A DNA stretch of 64,000 nucleotides from Promethearchaeota archaeon (GTDB taxonomy: Archaea; Asgardarchaeota; Lokiarchaeia; Sigyniarchaeales; SOKP01). The DNA lies in NCBI GenBank assembly GCA_019057865.1, contig JAHLWP010000009.1, forward strand, positions 32,001-96,000. Direction: 5' to 3'. Shown here piece by piece: positions 46,947-58,003 of this stretch. Positions within the stretch are counted from its first letter, which is position 1. Every line of letters begins with the position of its first letter. The notes beneath the pieces are model-generated. The model was not told where the DNA came from and did no database searches. It worked only from the letters and a program-made list of their open reading frames with translations. The position numbers and the translations under genes were made by a program.

Positions 46947-48164
46947 ATATCTATTTTATTTAAACCAACGAAAATTGGACAAATGGAAGTTAATAATAAA
47001 TTTGTGCGGTCAGCCACAATAGAAAATCTAGCAAAAGAAGATGGCGAGGTAACTGAAAAACTTATAAAACTTCATAGTACACTAGCAAAGGGAGAAATCG
47101 GATTAATCATTCCAGGATACATGTATATTCACCCTTTAGGTCAGGCATATAAATATCAAACAGGAATATATAAGGACGATTTGATTCCTGGCCTAAAAAA
47201 GATTGTTGATGCCATACATAAAGAACAAGGGAAGGTAGCATTTCAGCTAGTACATGCTGGTTTGCAAACATTTAATAGATTAGTAGGAACAACTCCAGTC
47301 GGACCCTCTGGAGATATAATAAATCCTGTTTCAATGGATTATTCAAGAGAAATGACTGAAGAAGATATTCAAGAATCTATAGAAGCTTTTGTCCAAGCTG
47401 CAAAACGTGTAGTTGAAACTGGTGCAGATGCAATCCAATTACATTCTGCTCATGGATATTTAATCAATCAATTTCTATCTCCTTTTTATAATCGCAGGCA
47501 AGATGATTGGGGTGGTTCTGATGAAAAACAATTTCGATACTTGAAAGAGATTATAACTAAAACCAAAAAAGTATTACCGGCAAATATGCCTCTTTTAATA
47601 AAATTAAATACCAATGATTATACTCCAACTGAAGGTATAACTCCACTATTAGCAGCAAAATATTCTGAGTGGTTAGTAAAACTAGGAATTGACGCTATTG
47701 AAATAAGCTGTGGTTCAGCAGTTTACGCTATATTTAACATGTGCCGGGGAGAGGTTCCCGTGCAAGAAATTGTACAAGCTGTTCCAGATTATATGAAAAC
47801 ACTGACAGAACAGATATATCAATATATGGTTGGAAAATATGATTTTAAGGAAGGATATAATCTTGAAGCGGCAAAAGCGATTAAACCTGTTATGGGAGAT
47901 ATACCATTAATCCTTGTAGGTGGTTTAAGAAATAAAGCCTTAATGGAAGAAATAATTGGAAAAAAGTATGTTGATTTAATATCCATGGCACGTCCCTTTA
48001 TCAGGGAGCCTTTACTTGTAAAAAATTTTAAGGAAGGGAAGCAAGATAAGGCGGCATGTATTTCTTGTAATCGATGTCTTGCTGCTATACCAAACAATTT
48101 TCCAATTCGATGTTACGTAAATAAATTTCCAGAAAAAAAGAAACCTACTACTTATTTTCCATAA
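46947..48164 (+). CDS. NADH:flavin oxidoreductase (Old Yellow Enzyme family); probable ATA start at 46947 (first ATG 46983)
   Basis: FVRSAT, QLVHAG, HSAHGYLINQFLSP, RQDDWGG, CISCNRC; upstream in-frame SILFKPTKIGQ is the family-typical N-terminus. Confidence 0.9.
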   Translation: MSILFKPTKIGQMEVNNKFVRSATIENLAKEDGEVTEKLIKLHSTLAKGEIGLIIPGYMYIHPLGQAYKYQTGIYKDDLIPGLKKIVDAIHKEQGKVAFQLVHAGLQTFNRLVGTTPVGPSGDIINPVSMDYSREMTEEDIQESIEAFVQAAKRVVETGADAIQLHSAHGYLINQFLSPFYNRRQDDWGGSDEKQFRYLKEIITKTKKVLPANMPLLIKLNTNDYTPTEGITPLLAAKYSEWLVKLGIDAIEISCGSAVYAIFNMCRGEVPVQEIVQAVPDYMKTLTEQIYQYMVGKYDFKEGYNLEAAKAIKPVMGDIPLILVGGLRNKALMEEIIGKKYVDLISMARPFIREPLLVKNFKEGKQDKAACISCNRCLAAIPNNFPIRCYVNKFPEKKKPTTYFP

Positions 48165-48204
48165 TTTTGTTATATGAATAACATTGTGTAAACTTTTTTT
48201 AATA

Positions 48205-49053
48205 TTAATCGAAGGCTTTTAGTATCTCATCAAAACGTTCTTTCACTTTTTCCTTTAAAATATCATCTTTATGAGTCAGAATATAGAATTTACCTTCTTT
48301 TATACCTTGAAAAATTTTATCTGCTACGGTTTCAGGCAGTATAGGTGGAGATTTATCAAAGAGTTCTTGAAATAATCCTGCTGAATATTCTACTTTAGAA
48401 TCCTCAATTTCTTTATTTGGCTCATTTTGAAATTCTGTTGGACGATTTCTATTTATCCTGAAAATTCTTGTGTGAACCCAACCGGGGCACGCTACAGCAA
48501 CTTTAACTTTAGCCTTCATTTGGTCTAATTCAGTTCTTAATGTTTCACTTAATGAAATAATGCCATGTTTAGATACTCCATAGATTGCACCACCGGGACC
48601 TGAACCGGATATTAATCCTTCTATTGATGCTATATTTACTATAAGACATTCTTGATCTTGCTTCAACATTATGGGTATAAATATTCGTATTCCATTAATT
48701 ACACCAAAAAGATTTACTCCAAGTTGCCATTCCCAATCCTTCAATGTATAATTCCATGTATATTTGGCATTACTAACACCCGCATTATTGAATAACAAAT
48801 GGACTTCTCCAAAAGTATTAATTGTTTTAGCAGCCAACATTTCAATATCTTTAGGTTTAGAGACATCTGTTACAACTGTTAATACTTCCGCTCCTGCTTT
48901 ATTTAACTTTCTTTCGGCTCTTTTTAAAGCTCTTTCATCTATATCGGCGAGAACTACCTTCATTCCTTCTTCAACACATTTATTTACTAATGCAAGACCT
49001 ATTCCGCTACCAGCTCCAGTAATTACTGCCACTTTGCTTTTAAAATCTTTCAT
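48205..49053 (-). CDS. Short-chain dehydrogenase/reductase
   Basis: TGAGSGIG, NNAG, YGVSK. Confidence 0.93.
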   Translation of the reverse strand: MKDFKSKVAVITGAGSGIGLALVNKCVEEGMKVVLADIDERALKRAERKLNKAGAEVLTVVTDVSKPKDIEMLAAKTINTFGEVHLLFNNAGVSNAKYTWNYTLKDWEWQLGVNLFGVINGIRIFIPIMLKQDQECLIVNIASIEGLISGSGPGGAIYGVSKHGIISLSETLRTELDQMKAKVKVAVACPGWVHTRIFRINRNRPTEFQNEPNKEIEDSKVEYSAGLFQELFDKSPPILPETVADKIFQGIKEGKFYILTHKDDILKEKVKERFDEILKAFD

Positions 49054-49095
49054 AATTGTCTACCATAATTTTTATAATTTAATATTTTTAAGATA

Positions 49096-50001
49096 TTATT
49101 TATAATCATCAATATTTATCCCAAATTTTAAAAAATGTTCTTTTGTTGTCTTTAGAGCATTCTCATTATAGTCTATTAAGAATTTTTCATATAATTGAGG
49201 ATTTGCTTTTAAAGATAGAGGTATTAAAACGCTTCTCATATCGTATACATATAATTGATCCTTCTTTATCCCCCTTATGTATCTCTTTACAGCTTTATCT
49301 GGCGACATTGCACTTTTACTAATTTCATCTAAAAATGAACGATAAATCTTCTCTATCTTATCTTCACCATAAGCATCTATTAATTTTTTAGAGTATTTTA
49401 CTTTAGCATTAGAAAAGATATTTGTTCTTACGTATGAAGGAATTACTACTGAAACTTTTATATTTTGACTATATAGTTGACCAAAAAGTGCTTCTGAGAG
49501 TCCTACAACTGCAAATTTCGAAGTAATATAGGAGGCAGGTTCTGCTGACCCAAAAACACCCCTCCCAGAAGCAACATTCACAATATGTCCCGAGTGCTTA
49601 TTATACATGTGGGGCAAAAATATTTTAAGGGAATGAATAATGCTCCACAAATTTGTGTCAAGTAATCTTTTCCAATCTTCTAATTCAAGTTCTATTATAT
49701 CTCCTCCGATTGCAGTCCCTGCATTATTGATTAATAAGTCAAGTTCTTTTAACTCTGAGAAAAAATCTTTGGAAATTTTTTCCCAATCACTAAATTTAGC
49801 AACATCACATTTTCCGGTATATATTTTTACTCCGATTTTATCGATTTCCTCTTTTACTCTTTTTAAATCCTCCATATTAATATCAGAAATAAATAGGTTC
49901 ATTCCTTCATTTGCTAAAGCTATAGCAAACGATCGCCCTATTCCACTAGCAGCTCCAGTAATAAAACAATTCTTTTCTTCCAAATCTTTCAAAATTTTCA
50001 C
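49096..50001 (-). CDS. Short-chain dehydrogenase/reductase
   Basis: TGAASGIG, NNAG, YITSK. Confidence 0.93.
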   Translation of the reverse strand: MKILKDLEEKNCFITGAASGIGRSFAIALANEGMNLFISDINMEDLKRVKEEIDKIGVKIYTGKCDVAKFSDWEKISKDFFSELKELDLLINNAGTAIGGDIIELELEDWKRLLDTNLWSIIHSLKIFLPHMYNKHSGHIVNVASGRGVFGSAEPASYITSKFAVVGLSEALFGQLYSQNIKVSVVIPSYVRTNIFSNAKVKYSKKLIDAYGEDKIEKIYRSFLDEISKSAMSPDKAVKRYIRGIKKDQLYVYDMRSVLIPLSLKANPQLYEKFLIDYNENALKTTKEHFLKFGINIDDYK

Positions 50002-50208
50002 TTTTGTTTTGTAAATTTTATTGGATTTTATGTGATTTAGTATGATTAATATTTAACAATTTTTAAATATAAAATGAAAACCTAATCATATTGACAAAAA
50101 GACTTTTAAATATTTAAAATCAATTTATCTATTACTGAGTTGATTTGCAATTCATATCAATTCTAAAAATTTTCAAATTATTATTAAAAAATATCGGAGG
50201 AAATTTAC

Positions 50209-51909
50209 ATGAAAGATTATTCAGATTGGGAACCGATCCCAGATTATGAGAATCAATCTCCCTATATAGAAAATACCAATCGTCCATGGTTAAAATTAAG
50301 ACCAGATTATATAGCAAAAACGCTAAAATTTGAGCCTATACCTATTCATGAGCTCATTAAACGAAGAGTGGTGGATTATCCTAATAATGTTTGTGTATAT
50401 TACAAACCTACTGATAAGAAGTATACTTATCGTGAAATGATCTATACATCAGATAAGATCGCAAATGCATTATATGTATTGGGTGTGAAAAAGGGAGACG
50501 CTGTAGGGATTATGACAGGTAATTGTCCTGAATTTTTATTTTGTTGTTTAGGAATTATGGAAACTGGTGCAACAGTGGTTCCAATAAATCCTCTTCTTAA
50601 GGAAGCAGATGTAACTCACATTATTAGAGATGCTGGAAATATAAACACTATTTTTATACATAAAAATAATTTTAGAACAATTAAAAAGGTTAGAAAAGAA
50701 ATTGAATTGGAAAATGTGATTCTACTTCGAGCTGAAGAAACAAAACCTGAAACAATTACTTTAGAAGAATTCATCAATGGTAAAGCACCTAGACCTCCTG
50801 AAGTGGATATAGATCCTGTTAATGACATTGCAGCATTGCTATATACAGGTGGTACTACAGGGCTACCTAAAGGAGTGATGCTAACTCATAACAATATTGT
50901 GGCTGATGCTCTTTGTACATTATATAATATGCGTGAATCGAGAGATGATGCAGATGTTGTCTATGGAGAATTAGTAAGTCTCACAGTTCTACCTATATGT
51001 CATTCTTTTGGTTTTCAAGTCTTAATTATGAATTCAATTATGGTTTCAATGCTAGTAATGTTTGAGTCTTTTAATCCTTCTGAAGTCTTAGAAGCAATTG
51101 AATACTATAAATGTACTATGTTTATAGGTGTACCAGTTATGTTTCAAATGCTAGTCAATTCCCCTGATTTTACAGAGCGCGATCTTTCAAGCTTTGAGTC
51201 AGCGACTTCTGGTTCAGCAGCATTGGCTCCGGAATTAAATAAAAGGTGGGAAGAAGTTGTTGGATTTAAAGTTGGTCAAGGATTTGGGCTAACTGAGACA
51301 TCACCAGTTACTCATCACCAACCAGATTGGTTGCCTGAGATAAAAGCAGAAAGTATTGGTGTTCCTATTATTGATACAGACGCGAAAATCGTAAATCCAG
51401 ATACCTTAGAAGAGCTTCCTCTAGGAGAAGTAGGAGAATTGTTAATTAGAGGTCCCCAAGTAATGAAAGGATATTGGAAAAGACCTGAAGAAACAGAGAA
51501 AACATTTGTAAAAGGTGATTGGTTAAGAACAGGCGATTTAGCAAGAATAGATGAGCAAGGCTACTTCTATATTGAAGGACGGACAAAAGATATCATTAAA
51601 TATAAAGGCTATAAAGTAATGCCTCGTGAAGTGGAAGAAAAATTATATGAACATCCAGCTATATTAGATGTAGGCGTAGTATCTGCTCCTGATCCGAACG
51701 TTGGGGAGACTATTAAAGCTTATGTAGTGCTTAAGCCAGAATTTAAAGATAAAATTACCGAACGAGATATCATTGAATGGTCAAAAGAAAAATTAGCAGG
51801 TTATAAATACCCACGACAAATAGAATTTATTAATATATTGCCACGTACTACTGTTGGTAAAATATTTCGAAGAAAGTTAAGAGAAAGAGCATTAAAAAAA
51901 GAATATTAA
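50209..51909 (+). CDS. Long-chain fatty-acid--CoA ligase (FadD-like)
   Basis: YTGGTTGLPKG, GFGLTE, TGD, GR.KD, VGK. Confidence 0.93.
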   Translation: MKDYSDWEPIPDYENQSPYIENTNRPWLKLRPDYIAKTLKFEPIPIHELIKRRVVDYPNNVCVYYKPTDKKYTYREMIYTSDKIANALYVLGVKKGDAVGIMTGNCPEFLFCCLGIMETGATVVPINPLLKEADVTHIIRDAGNINTIFIHKNNFRTIKKVRKEIELENVILLRAEETKPETITLEEFINGKAPRPPEVDIDPVNDIAALLYTGGTTGLPKGVMLTHNNIVADALCTLYNMRESRDDADVVYGELVSLTVLPICHSFGFQVLIMNSIMVSMLVMFESFNPSEVLEAIEYYKCTMFIGVPVMFQMLVNSPDFTERDLSSFESATSGSAALAPELNKRWEEVVGFKVGQGFGLTETSPVTHHQPDWLPEIKAESIGVPIIDTDAKIVNPDTLEELPLGEVGELLIRGPQVMKGYWKRPEETEKTFVKGDWLRTGDLARIDEQGYFYIEGRTKDIIKYKGYKVMPREVEEKLYEHPAILDVGVVSAPDPNVGETIKAYVVLKPEFKDKITERDIIEWSKEKLAGYKYPRQIEFINILPRTTVGKIFRRKLRERALKKEY

Positions 51910-52061
51910 CCAAAAATAAGGATAAATTCCTTTTTTATTGTTATCAAAAATATAAAAAGTAAAATTATACTTTTATACTTCTTAAGCAGAAATTATATTT
52001 TACTTTCATCTATTATTATTATTAATTAATAATTGGAATTAAATTCAAAAGGTTAAATGAA

Positions 52062-53942
52062 ATGACAAATGGTTTTTTTGGCAAAATATTATGGTTTGAT
52101 CTTACTGAAGAATCATTTAGAGAAAGTCAATTACCAGATGAGATTTTTCGCCAATATTGGGGAGGATATGGATTAGCAGCAAAATTGATTTATGAAAATA
52201 TGCCTAAAGGAACTGATCCTTTAGGACATGAGGCAATTTTTGGATTTTTTCCTGGATTATTAACAGGAACGGTAGCACCATTATCTGGTAGATGTATGGT
52301 TGCAGGTAAATCGCCTTTAACAGGTACTTGGGGTGATGCAAACGTTGGTGGATTCATTGGGTCAGAGATTAAAAAATGTGGATATGATGCTATTTTATTT
52401 AAAGGAATTGCTAAAGCTCCAAAATATATTACAATTATAGATGGAGAAATACAAATACTCGATGCTTCTGATTTATGGGGTTTAGATACATTTGAAACTG
52501 AGCAAAAATTAATTGAAAAACATGGCAATGTTAAAATCGCTAGTATTGGTCCAGCCGGTGAAAAACTTTCTTTAATATCTAGTATTGTTTGCGATAAATT
52601 TCGAGTTGCTGCTCGATCTGGTTTTGGTGCTGTTATGGGTTCTAAAAAACTAAAAGCTTTAGCTCTTAAAGGAAATAAGAAGATAAGCGTTGCTGATAAA
52701 AGTGAACTACTAAAATATACCAAAGAGTTTAATACTAAAGCTAGAAATGATCAGAGTGGTGCAATGTATACATATAGAACATTAGGATTACCATTCCTTA
52801 ATGTTTCAACTGGATTGTCTGGAGATGCTCCTATTAAGAATTGGGGGGGATATTACATGAGAGATTTTCCCATAGATAAGCTCAATAAGATATCAGCAGC
52901 AGAAATTAATAAATACAAGCAAAAGGATTTTGGATGCTTCTCATGTGTAGTTCAATGTGGAGCTATTATGAAAGTTCCTGAAGCCAATTTAGAAGAAACT
53001 CATATTCCAGAATATGAAACTTGTGCTGCTTTCGGTCATATGCTACTAAATGATAGTTTAATCTCTTTATTTATATTAAATGATTTATGTAATCGTGCTG
53101 GCATAGATACTATTTCTGTTGGAGGAACAATTGCTTTTGCCATTGAATGTTATGAAAATGGATTGATCAGTAATAATGATACTGATGGGCTTGAATTAAC
53201 ATGGGGAAATTCAGAAACAATCATCGAATTAGTAAAAAAAATTATAAAACGTGAAGGAATAGGTGATATTTTAGCTGATGGTCCAAAGAAAGCATCTGAA
53301 AAGATAGGTAGGGGTAGTGAAAAATATGCAATTCATTCTTTAGGGCAACCACTTCCAATGCATGACCCAAAGGTTTATAAATCTTTTGGTCGTACATATG
53401 CTTTTGAACCTACGCCAGGACGACATACAGCATCTAGCTTAGATCATTTTGTAACAGGATTAATGAGGAATAACAAATTTATAAAAGAATTTATTCTACC
53501 AAAAGGTTATAGAAAATCTCAGAGTGATGCTAGATATGAAGCTATGAAAATGTGTGCAGGTCTTCATCAAAGCTTGAGTTCACTTGGAATTTGTTTTTTC
53601 ACATACTGGTTTCAAACGTATCCTTTAATCGAATTAATTAAAACTATAGTTGGTTGGGATCTCTCTATTGAAGAGATTATAAAAATAGGATTACGGATTC
53701 AGACCGTAAGACAAGCATTTACTATAAGAGAGGGTGTTATTCTAGCAAAAAATGAGTTGCCAGGAAGGGCAATTGGGAATCCACCATTCGAAGATGGACC
53801 TCATAAAGGTAGAACAATTGATTATAAACCAGACTATAAAGGATACTGTGAAAAAATGGGTTGGAATCCAGAAAATGGATACCCTTTAAAAGAAACACTA
53901 AATGACCTAAATTTGGATTTTGTTATAAAGGACCTCTATTAG
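52062..53942 (+). CDS. aor: Tungsten-type aldehyde:ferredoxin oxidoreductase (second copy)
   Basis: KSPLTG, ARSGFGAVMGSKKLKA, CFSCVVQC, PEYET, DTIS. Confidence 0.95.
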   Translation: MTNGFFGKILWFDLTEESFRESQLPDEIFRQYWGGYGLAAKLIYENMPKGTDPLGHEAIFGFFPGLLTGTVAPLSGRCMVAGKSPLTGTWGDANVGGFIGSEIKKCGYDAILFKGIAKAPKYITIIDGEIQILDASDLWGLDTFETEQKLIEKHGNVKIASIGPAGEKLSLISSIVCDKFRVAARSGFGAVMGSKKLKALALKGNKKISVADKSELLKYTKEFNTKARNDQSGAMYTYRTLGLPFLNVSTGLSGDAPIKNWGGYYMRDFPIDKLNKISAAEINKYKQKDFGCFSCVVQCGAIMKVPEANLEETHIPEYETCAAFGHMLLNDSLISLFILNDLCNRAGIDTISVGGTIAFAIECYENGLISNNDTDGLELTWGNSETIIELVKKIIKREGIGDILADGPKKASEKIGRGSEKYAIHSLGQPLPMHDPKVYKSFGRTYAFEPTPGRHTASSLDHFVTGLMRNNKFIKEFILPKGYRKSQSDARYEAMKMCAGLHQSLSSLGICFFTYWFQTYPLIELIKTIVGWDLSIEEIIKIGLRIQTVRQAFTIREGVILAKNELPGRAIGNPPFEDGPHKGRTIDYKPDYKGYCEKMGWNPENGYPLKETLNDLNLDFVIKDLY

Positions 53943-54013
53943 ACCAAATTTTAAATCTAATTTTTTTATAAATAATCATCACAGTCTAATCTTCAAATAT
54001 TTAAACGATTATT

Positions 54014-54934
54014 TTAAAGACTTTTTTGTTCATGAATCTTCAATTGAGAGGATTGATTTATAACTATGTATGCATTCCGTTTCCATAATTTCAATGAAAT
54101 TAAAGCGATTGAGATTAATAATACTGGATATATTATTATTTCTAACAAAGAGGGATTCGCATTGTAGCCAAATAAAGCTTTCATTAATGAACCTATAATC
54201 TCAAGCCACTCTGGAGTCGCTGGATTACCGTCAGGGAAACTTTCTGGTAAAATATGTTTAATATTCCACACATCTTCTATAATTGGATTTACAACACCTG
54301 CTTCTATAAGCTCATGTATTCCATATGTAATCAAACCAGCTGCAAATAAAATTAAAACTACGTTAGAAATTTTAAAGAATTTTGATAGATTAATGGTTTT
54401 AACGCCATAGAAAATTACTAACCCTATTCCAACTGAAATGACTAAGCCAATAGAAGATCCTAATATAACTCCTGCTTGATTTAGAGATCCTACTGAAGTG
54501 GCTCCAACCAGTAAAAGTACTAATTCTATTCCTTCTCTTACAATTATTATAAATGTAAGAATAGAGATTGATATTATCTTTCCTGTTTCAATTGAAAACT
54601 CAACTTTTTCTTCTAAATTTTTTTTCATTTTCGGACCTTCTTTACTCATCCATAAAATTAACGTTATAATGAAAGCTCCAGAAATTATGAAAGTATATCC
54701 CTCAAAAGTTTCTTCAAGAGTTCCGCTAAATCCGCCCAGTATTAGTAAAAAAATAATTGCAAATACAATACTTGAAATAATTGCTAGAATACTTCCAATG
54801 AATACATACTTGTAATAAAATCGCTGATCTGAATTCTTTAGATATAAAAGTATTATAACTATTACTAATATTGCTTCTAATCCTTCACGAAAAGCTAAGA
54901 ATGTTGGAATTAATACATCAACTAGTGAAACCAA
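54014..54934 (-). CDS. FTR1/EfeU-family iron permease
   Basis: Two RExxE motifs (REGLE, REGIE). Confidence 0.92.
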   Translation of the reverse strand: MVSLVDVLIPTFLAFREGLEAILVIVIILLYLKNSDQRFYYKYVFIGSILAIISSIVFAIIFLLILGGFSGTLEETFEGYTFIISGAFIITLILWMSKEGPKMKKNLEEKVEFSIETGKIISISILTFIIIVREGIELVLLLVGATSVGSLNQAGVILGSSIGLVISVGIGLVIFYGVKTINLSKFFKISNVVLILFAAGLITYGIHELIEAGVVNPIIEDVWNIKHILPESFPDGNPATPEWLEIIGSLMKALFGYNANPSLLEIIIYPVLLISIALISLKLWKRNAYIVINQSSQLKIHEQKSL

Positions 54935-55001
54935 TTAAATCATCTCATATTTATTCATAATCTTAATTTTTATTCTATGATCTATCAAAAAATTATTAAT
55001 A

Positions 55002-55022
55002 ATAAGCTTTAGGCTTATCTAA
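55002..55022. promoter_or_regulatory. Possible DtxR/MntR-type metal box
   Basis: TTAGGCTTATCTAA (TTAG-N6-CTAA, 55009-55022) between divergent FTR1 and GDT1 genes. Confidence 0.5.
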
Positions 55023-55194
55023 TATAAGTGATTTTTTTGTTAGAAAAATAATTCAATTCGCCATTTCTATTAATATAAAGAAACATAAATTTAAAAAAGA
55101 AATGATAGAATAGCTAATTATACTATTTTGATTATTCTTTCATAAGATAATGATATAAATTGGTAAAATCAGAAAATTTTTAATTGAATTTGAT

Positions 55195-55863
55195 TTGAAC
55201 AGAATAATGGATTTTATTATACTTTTTTTAACCTTCGGGATCTTATTTCTTGGAGAATTAGGAGATAAAACTCAATTAATTGTTTTTAATCTTGCTTTAG
55301 AATATAAAAAATTTTATAAAGTTGGAATAGGAGTTACAATTGGTTTTGCGATAATTGTAACAATTGGAGTAGTTTTTGGAATAATTATAACACGTTTTAT
55401 TCCACTCTCTATAATTTCTTTAGTGTCTGCAATAATATTTATTTTAATCGGAATTTTGGAAGCTCGTTCTTTGAAAAAGCTCTATTTAGAAAAAAGAATA
55501 TCAAAATCTGGAGAAAAATCGACAATAGGAGTTGAAATTGATGAAAATGAAGGTACAAATAATTTTAAAAATAAATTTGTAAAATTAAGAAGAAATCCCT
55601 ATTTAGCAGGATTTATTTTCATATTCTTAATGGAGTTAGGGGATAAAACTCAAATTTTAACAATTACATTGGCTTCTCGATATCCTCATCCAATTGAAGT
55701 TTGGTTGGGTTCATTTTTCGCTCTTATATGTGTAGCATGGATCGGCATTCTCTTTGGGGCAATAATAGCTAGAAAAATATCAAAATTTTATCTAAAACTA
55801 ATTTCCTCATCTGTTTTTATAATTATAGGATTTTTAACTTTAATAACATCAATACTTACTTAG
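55195..55863 (+). CDS. TMEM165/GDT1 (UPF0016) Mn2+/Ca2+ transporter
   Basis: Two ELGDKTQ motifs. Confidence 0.93.
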   Translation: MNRIMDFIILFLTFGILFLGELGDKTQLIVFNLALEYKKFYKVGIGVTIGFAIIVTIGVVFGIIITRFIPLSIISLVSAIIFILIGILEARSLKKLYLEKRISKSGEKSTIGVEIDENEGTNNFKNKFVKLRRNPYLAGFIFIFLMELGDKTQILTITLASRYPHPIEVWLGSFFALICVAWIGILFGAIIARKISKFYLKLISSSVFIIIGFLTLITSILT

Positions 55864-55928
55864 GAAAAAAAAGGAAAAATAATATAATTTAGACATTATA
55901 ATTTTATACTTTAATAAATAAAGTAATT

Positions 55929-56402
55929 TTATTTCTTGGTCTCAAAACCTTTAATTGCAAGATATAGGAGGGCAGCTGTTAATATTCCACCGATTAATCC
56001 ACCATAAAAAGCTTCTCCTAACCACCAATCAGTGTAGTCTGCATCAGCCATTTCTACTTCAAAAACTATTGCTCCAATTATACTAAGAATGGCAATAACG
56101 CCAGAAAAAACCATAGATCCTTGTAATATCTTTATTGAAGGTATTTTCTCTGGTTGCCGAAGAGCTATAAATGAAAGAGCAGCAATCCCTAAAAATGCTA
56201 ATCCTATAAATACAAAAGCAAGCCCTCCAATAGCATCTCCTTCATACAACGCATAAGAACCGACCCATCCATAAATTCTTGGACTATAATTATACCATCC
56301 GGCGAAATCAGTAGCAAGAAATAAAATTCCAGTTATCGCACTACAAATTAATGCCCCAACATAATAACTTGACAATTCACCTTTTATCCTTTCTAAAGTC
56401 AT
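55929..56402 (-). CDS. Hypothetical four-TM membrane protein
   Basis: Four hydrophobic helices, aromatic first loop. Confidence 0.7.
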   Translation of the reverse strand: MTLERIKGELSSYYVGALICSAITGILFLATDFAGWYNYSPRIYGWVGSYALYEGDAIGGLAFVFIGLAFLGIAALSFIALRQPEKIPSIKILQGSMVFSGVIAILSIIGAIVFEVEMADADYTDWWLGEAFYGGLIGGILTAALLYLAIKGFETKK

Positions 56403-56505
56403 TTTTAACCACTTATACCTCTATTATATTTTATAAATTGTTAATAATAATTAGAATCGATATAATATTGTTTAAATGTTTATTTTATAATTAAAAAACG
56501 AGTTC

Positions 56506-57414
56506 TTAAATATTACAAGCTTCTATTGCATTTTTAGGCATTACTTGTATCGTTGATTCAATTATATTATATTTTTTGGATAAAAAGGTATTAATTTCTG
56601 AAATCAAATTATCTTGATTAACATTCATCTCTTCATCTATCTTTATATAGGCAGAAAACATAAGCATATCGGGTGTAATTGTCCAAAGATGCATATTATA
56701 AATTTCAATAATATCTTTAAAGTTATTTTTCAAATCATCATTAATAGTATCAATATTCAATCCCTTTGGTGCCATTTCAAGTAGAATTCTTGTTGATTCT
56801 TTTAATACACTCCAAGCCCAATAAAGAATTACCATTGATATCCCAATACTTACAACAGGATCAAGTACGTTGAAATCAGTATAAAGTATAATAATTGAAG
56901 CTATTACAATCCCAATAGAAGATGCAGCATCTCCAATCATATGATAAAACACACTCTTGACATTCAAATTATTATTATGACTTCCTTGTAGGATCCCAAT
57001 ACTTGTTAGATTTACTAAAAGTCCTATAAGAGCAATTAATAACATATAAAAGCCAAATACTTCTTCTGGATTTAAAAACCTAAGAATTGCTTCATATATC
57101 ATTATCCCTACAATTGGAATAAGAAATAAACCATTAATAAAAGCTGCTAACACCTCAGCTCGGTATAAGCCAAAAGTTTTATGGTGACAAGGAGGTTTTC
57201 TTGCAATATTAATAGCTAATAAACTTATCCCAATAGCAAAACTGTGAGTGAACATATGACCAGCATCACTTAACAAAGCGATGCTATTTGTAATTAAACC
57301 ACCAATAATTTCTAAAACCATAACAGTTGTAGTAATAATCAGTGAAATGTAGAGTTTCTTCCTTTCTACAGACCGGTATTGGAATAAATGCTCAGAAAAA
57401 GAACTTTTACTCAA
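56506..57414 (-). CDS. Cation diffusion facilitator (CzcD/ZitB-like)
   Basis: SIALLSDAGHM, TFGLYRAEVLAA, HMIGD, HLW. Confidence 0.93.
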   Translation of the reverse strand: MSKSSFSEHLFQYRSVERKKLYISLIITTTVMVLEIIGGLITNSIALLSDAGHMFTHSFAIGISLLAINIARKPPCHHKTFGLYRAEVLAAFINGLFLIPIVGIMIYEAILRFLNPEEVFGFYMLLIALIGLLVNLTSIGILQGSHNNNLNVKSVFYHMIGDAASSIGIVIASIIILYTDFNVLDPVVSIGISMVILYWAWSVLKESTRILLEMAPKGLNIDTINDDLKNNFKDIIEIYNMHLWTITPDMLMFSAYIKIDEEMNVNQDNLISEINTFLSKKYNIIESTIQVMPKNAIEACNI

Positions 57415-57621
57415 AATTAATCCCTTAAAGTTTTCTCAATATTATAAAAAGATATTTTTCTAATAAAATAATGGATTAAGAATTATCACTAGTTTTAAAA
57501 GAACTATCTCTCACTTATTTCTTTATTTAGATAAACTAAAATTATAGAATATAAGAATTAATTTTTTAGATGAAAAATTATAAAAAATATCTAGTAAAAT
57601 TTTTAGAGTAGTGATTTTTTT

Positions 57622-57843
57622 ATGCCAAATATAAAAAAATGGGAAGCTAATGATCATTGGGTTGAAATTAATTTGGATCTTTGTGCTGGATCAGGAGAAT
57701 GTGTAGAAGTCTGCCCAGCTCAAGTTTACGATATTCTTGATGGAAAGGTAGATGCTGAAGATATTGCTGAATGTATCGAGTGTGGAGCTTGTGAAGGAGC
57801 ATGCCCATATGATGCAATCATATCTCACTCTGCTTGGAAATAA
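57622..57843 (+). CDS. Dicluster ferredoxin
   Basis: CAGSGECVEVCP and CIECGACEGACP. Confidence 0.92.
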   Translation: MPNIKKWEANDHWVEINLDLCAGSGECVEVCPAQVYDILDGKVDAEDIAECIECGACEGACPYDAIISHSAWK

Positions 57844-58003
57844 TGAGAAATCAATCGAATTCTGAATTAATTAAGATTATTCAAATGATTTAAAAACAAT
57901 TTATTTTATCTTTAAGGATTTTAGTCTTTCTGAGAATAATTTTTCGATCCATATTCAATCCATTTCGAGATTAATTCTATTTTAAATCTCTCTTTCTAAT
58001 GGA

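Noticed and set aside
55929-56402. Claudin/tetraspan-like eukaryotic signature protein
   Set aside because: Four TM helices, but the W-GLW-C-C signature is absent.
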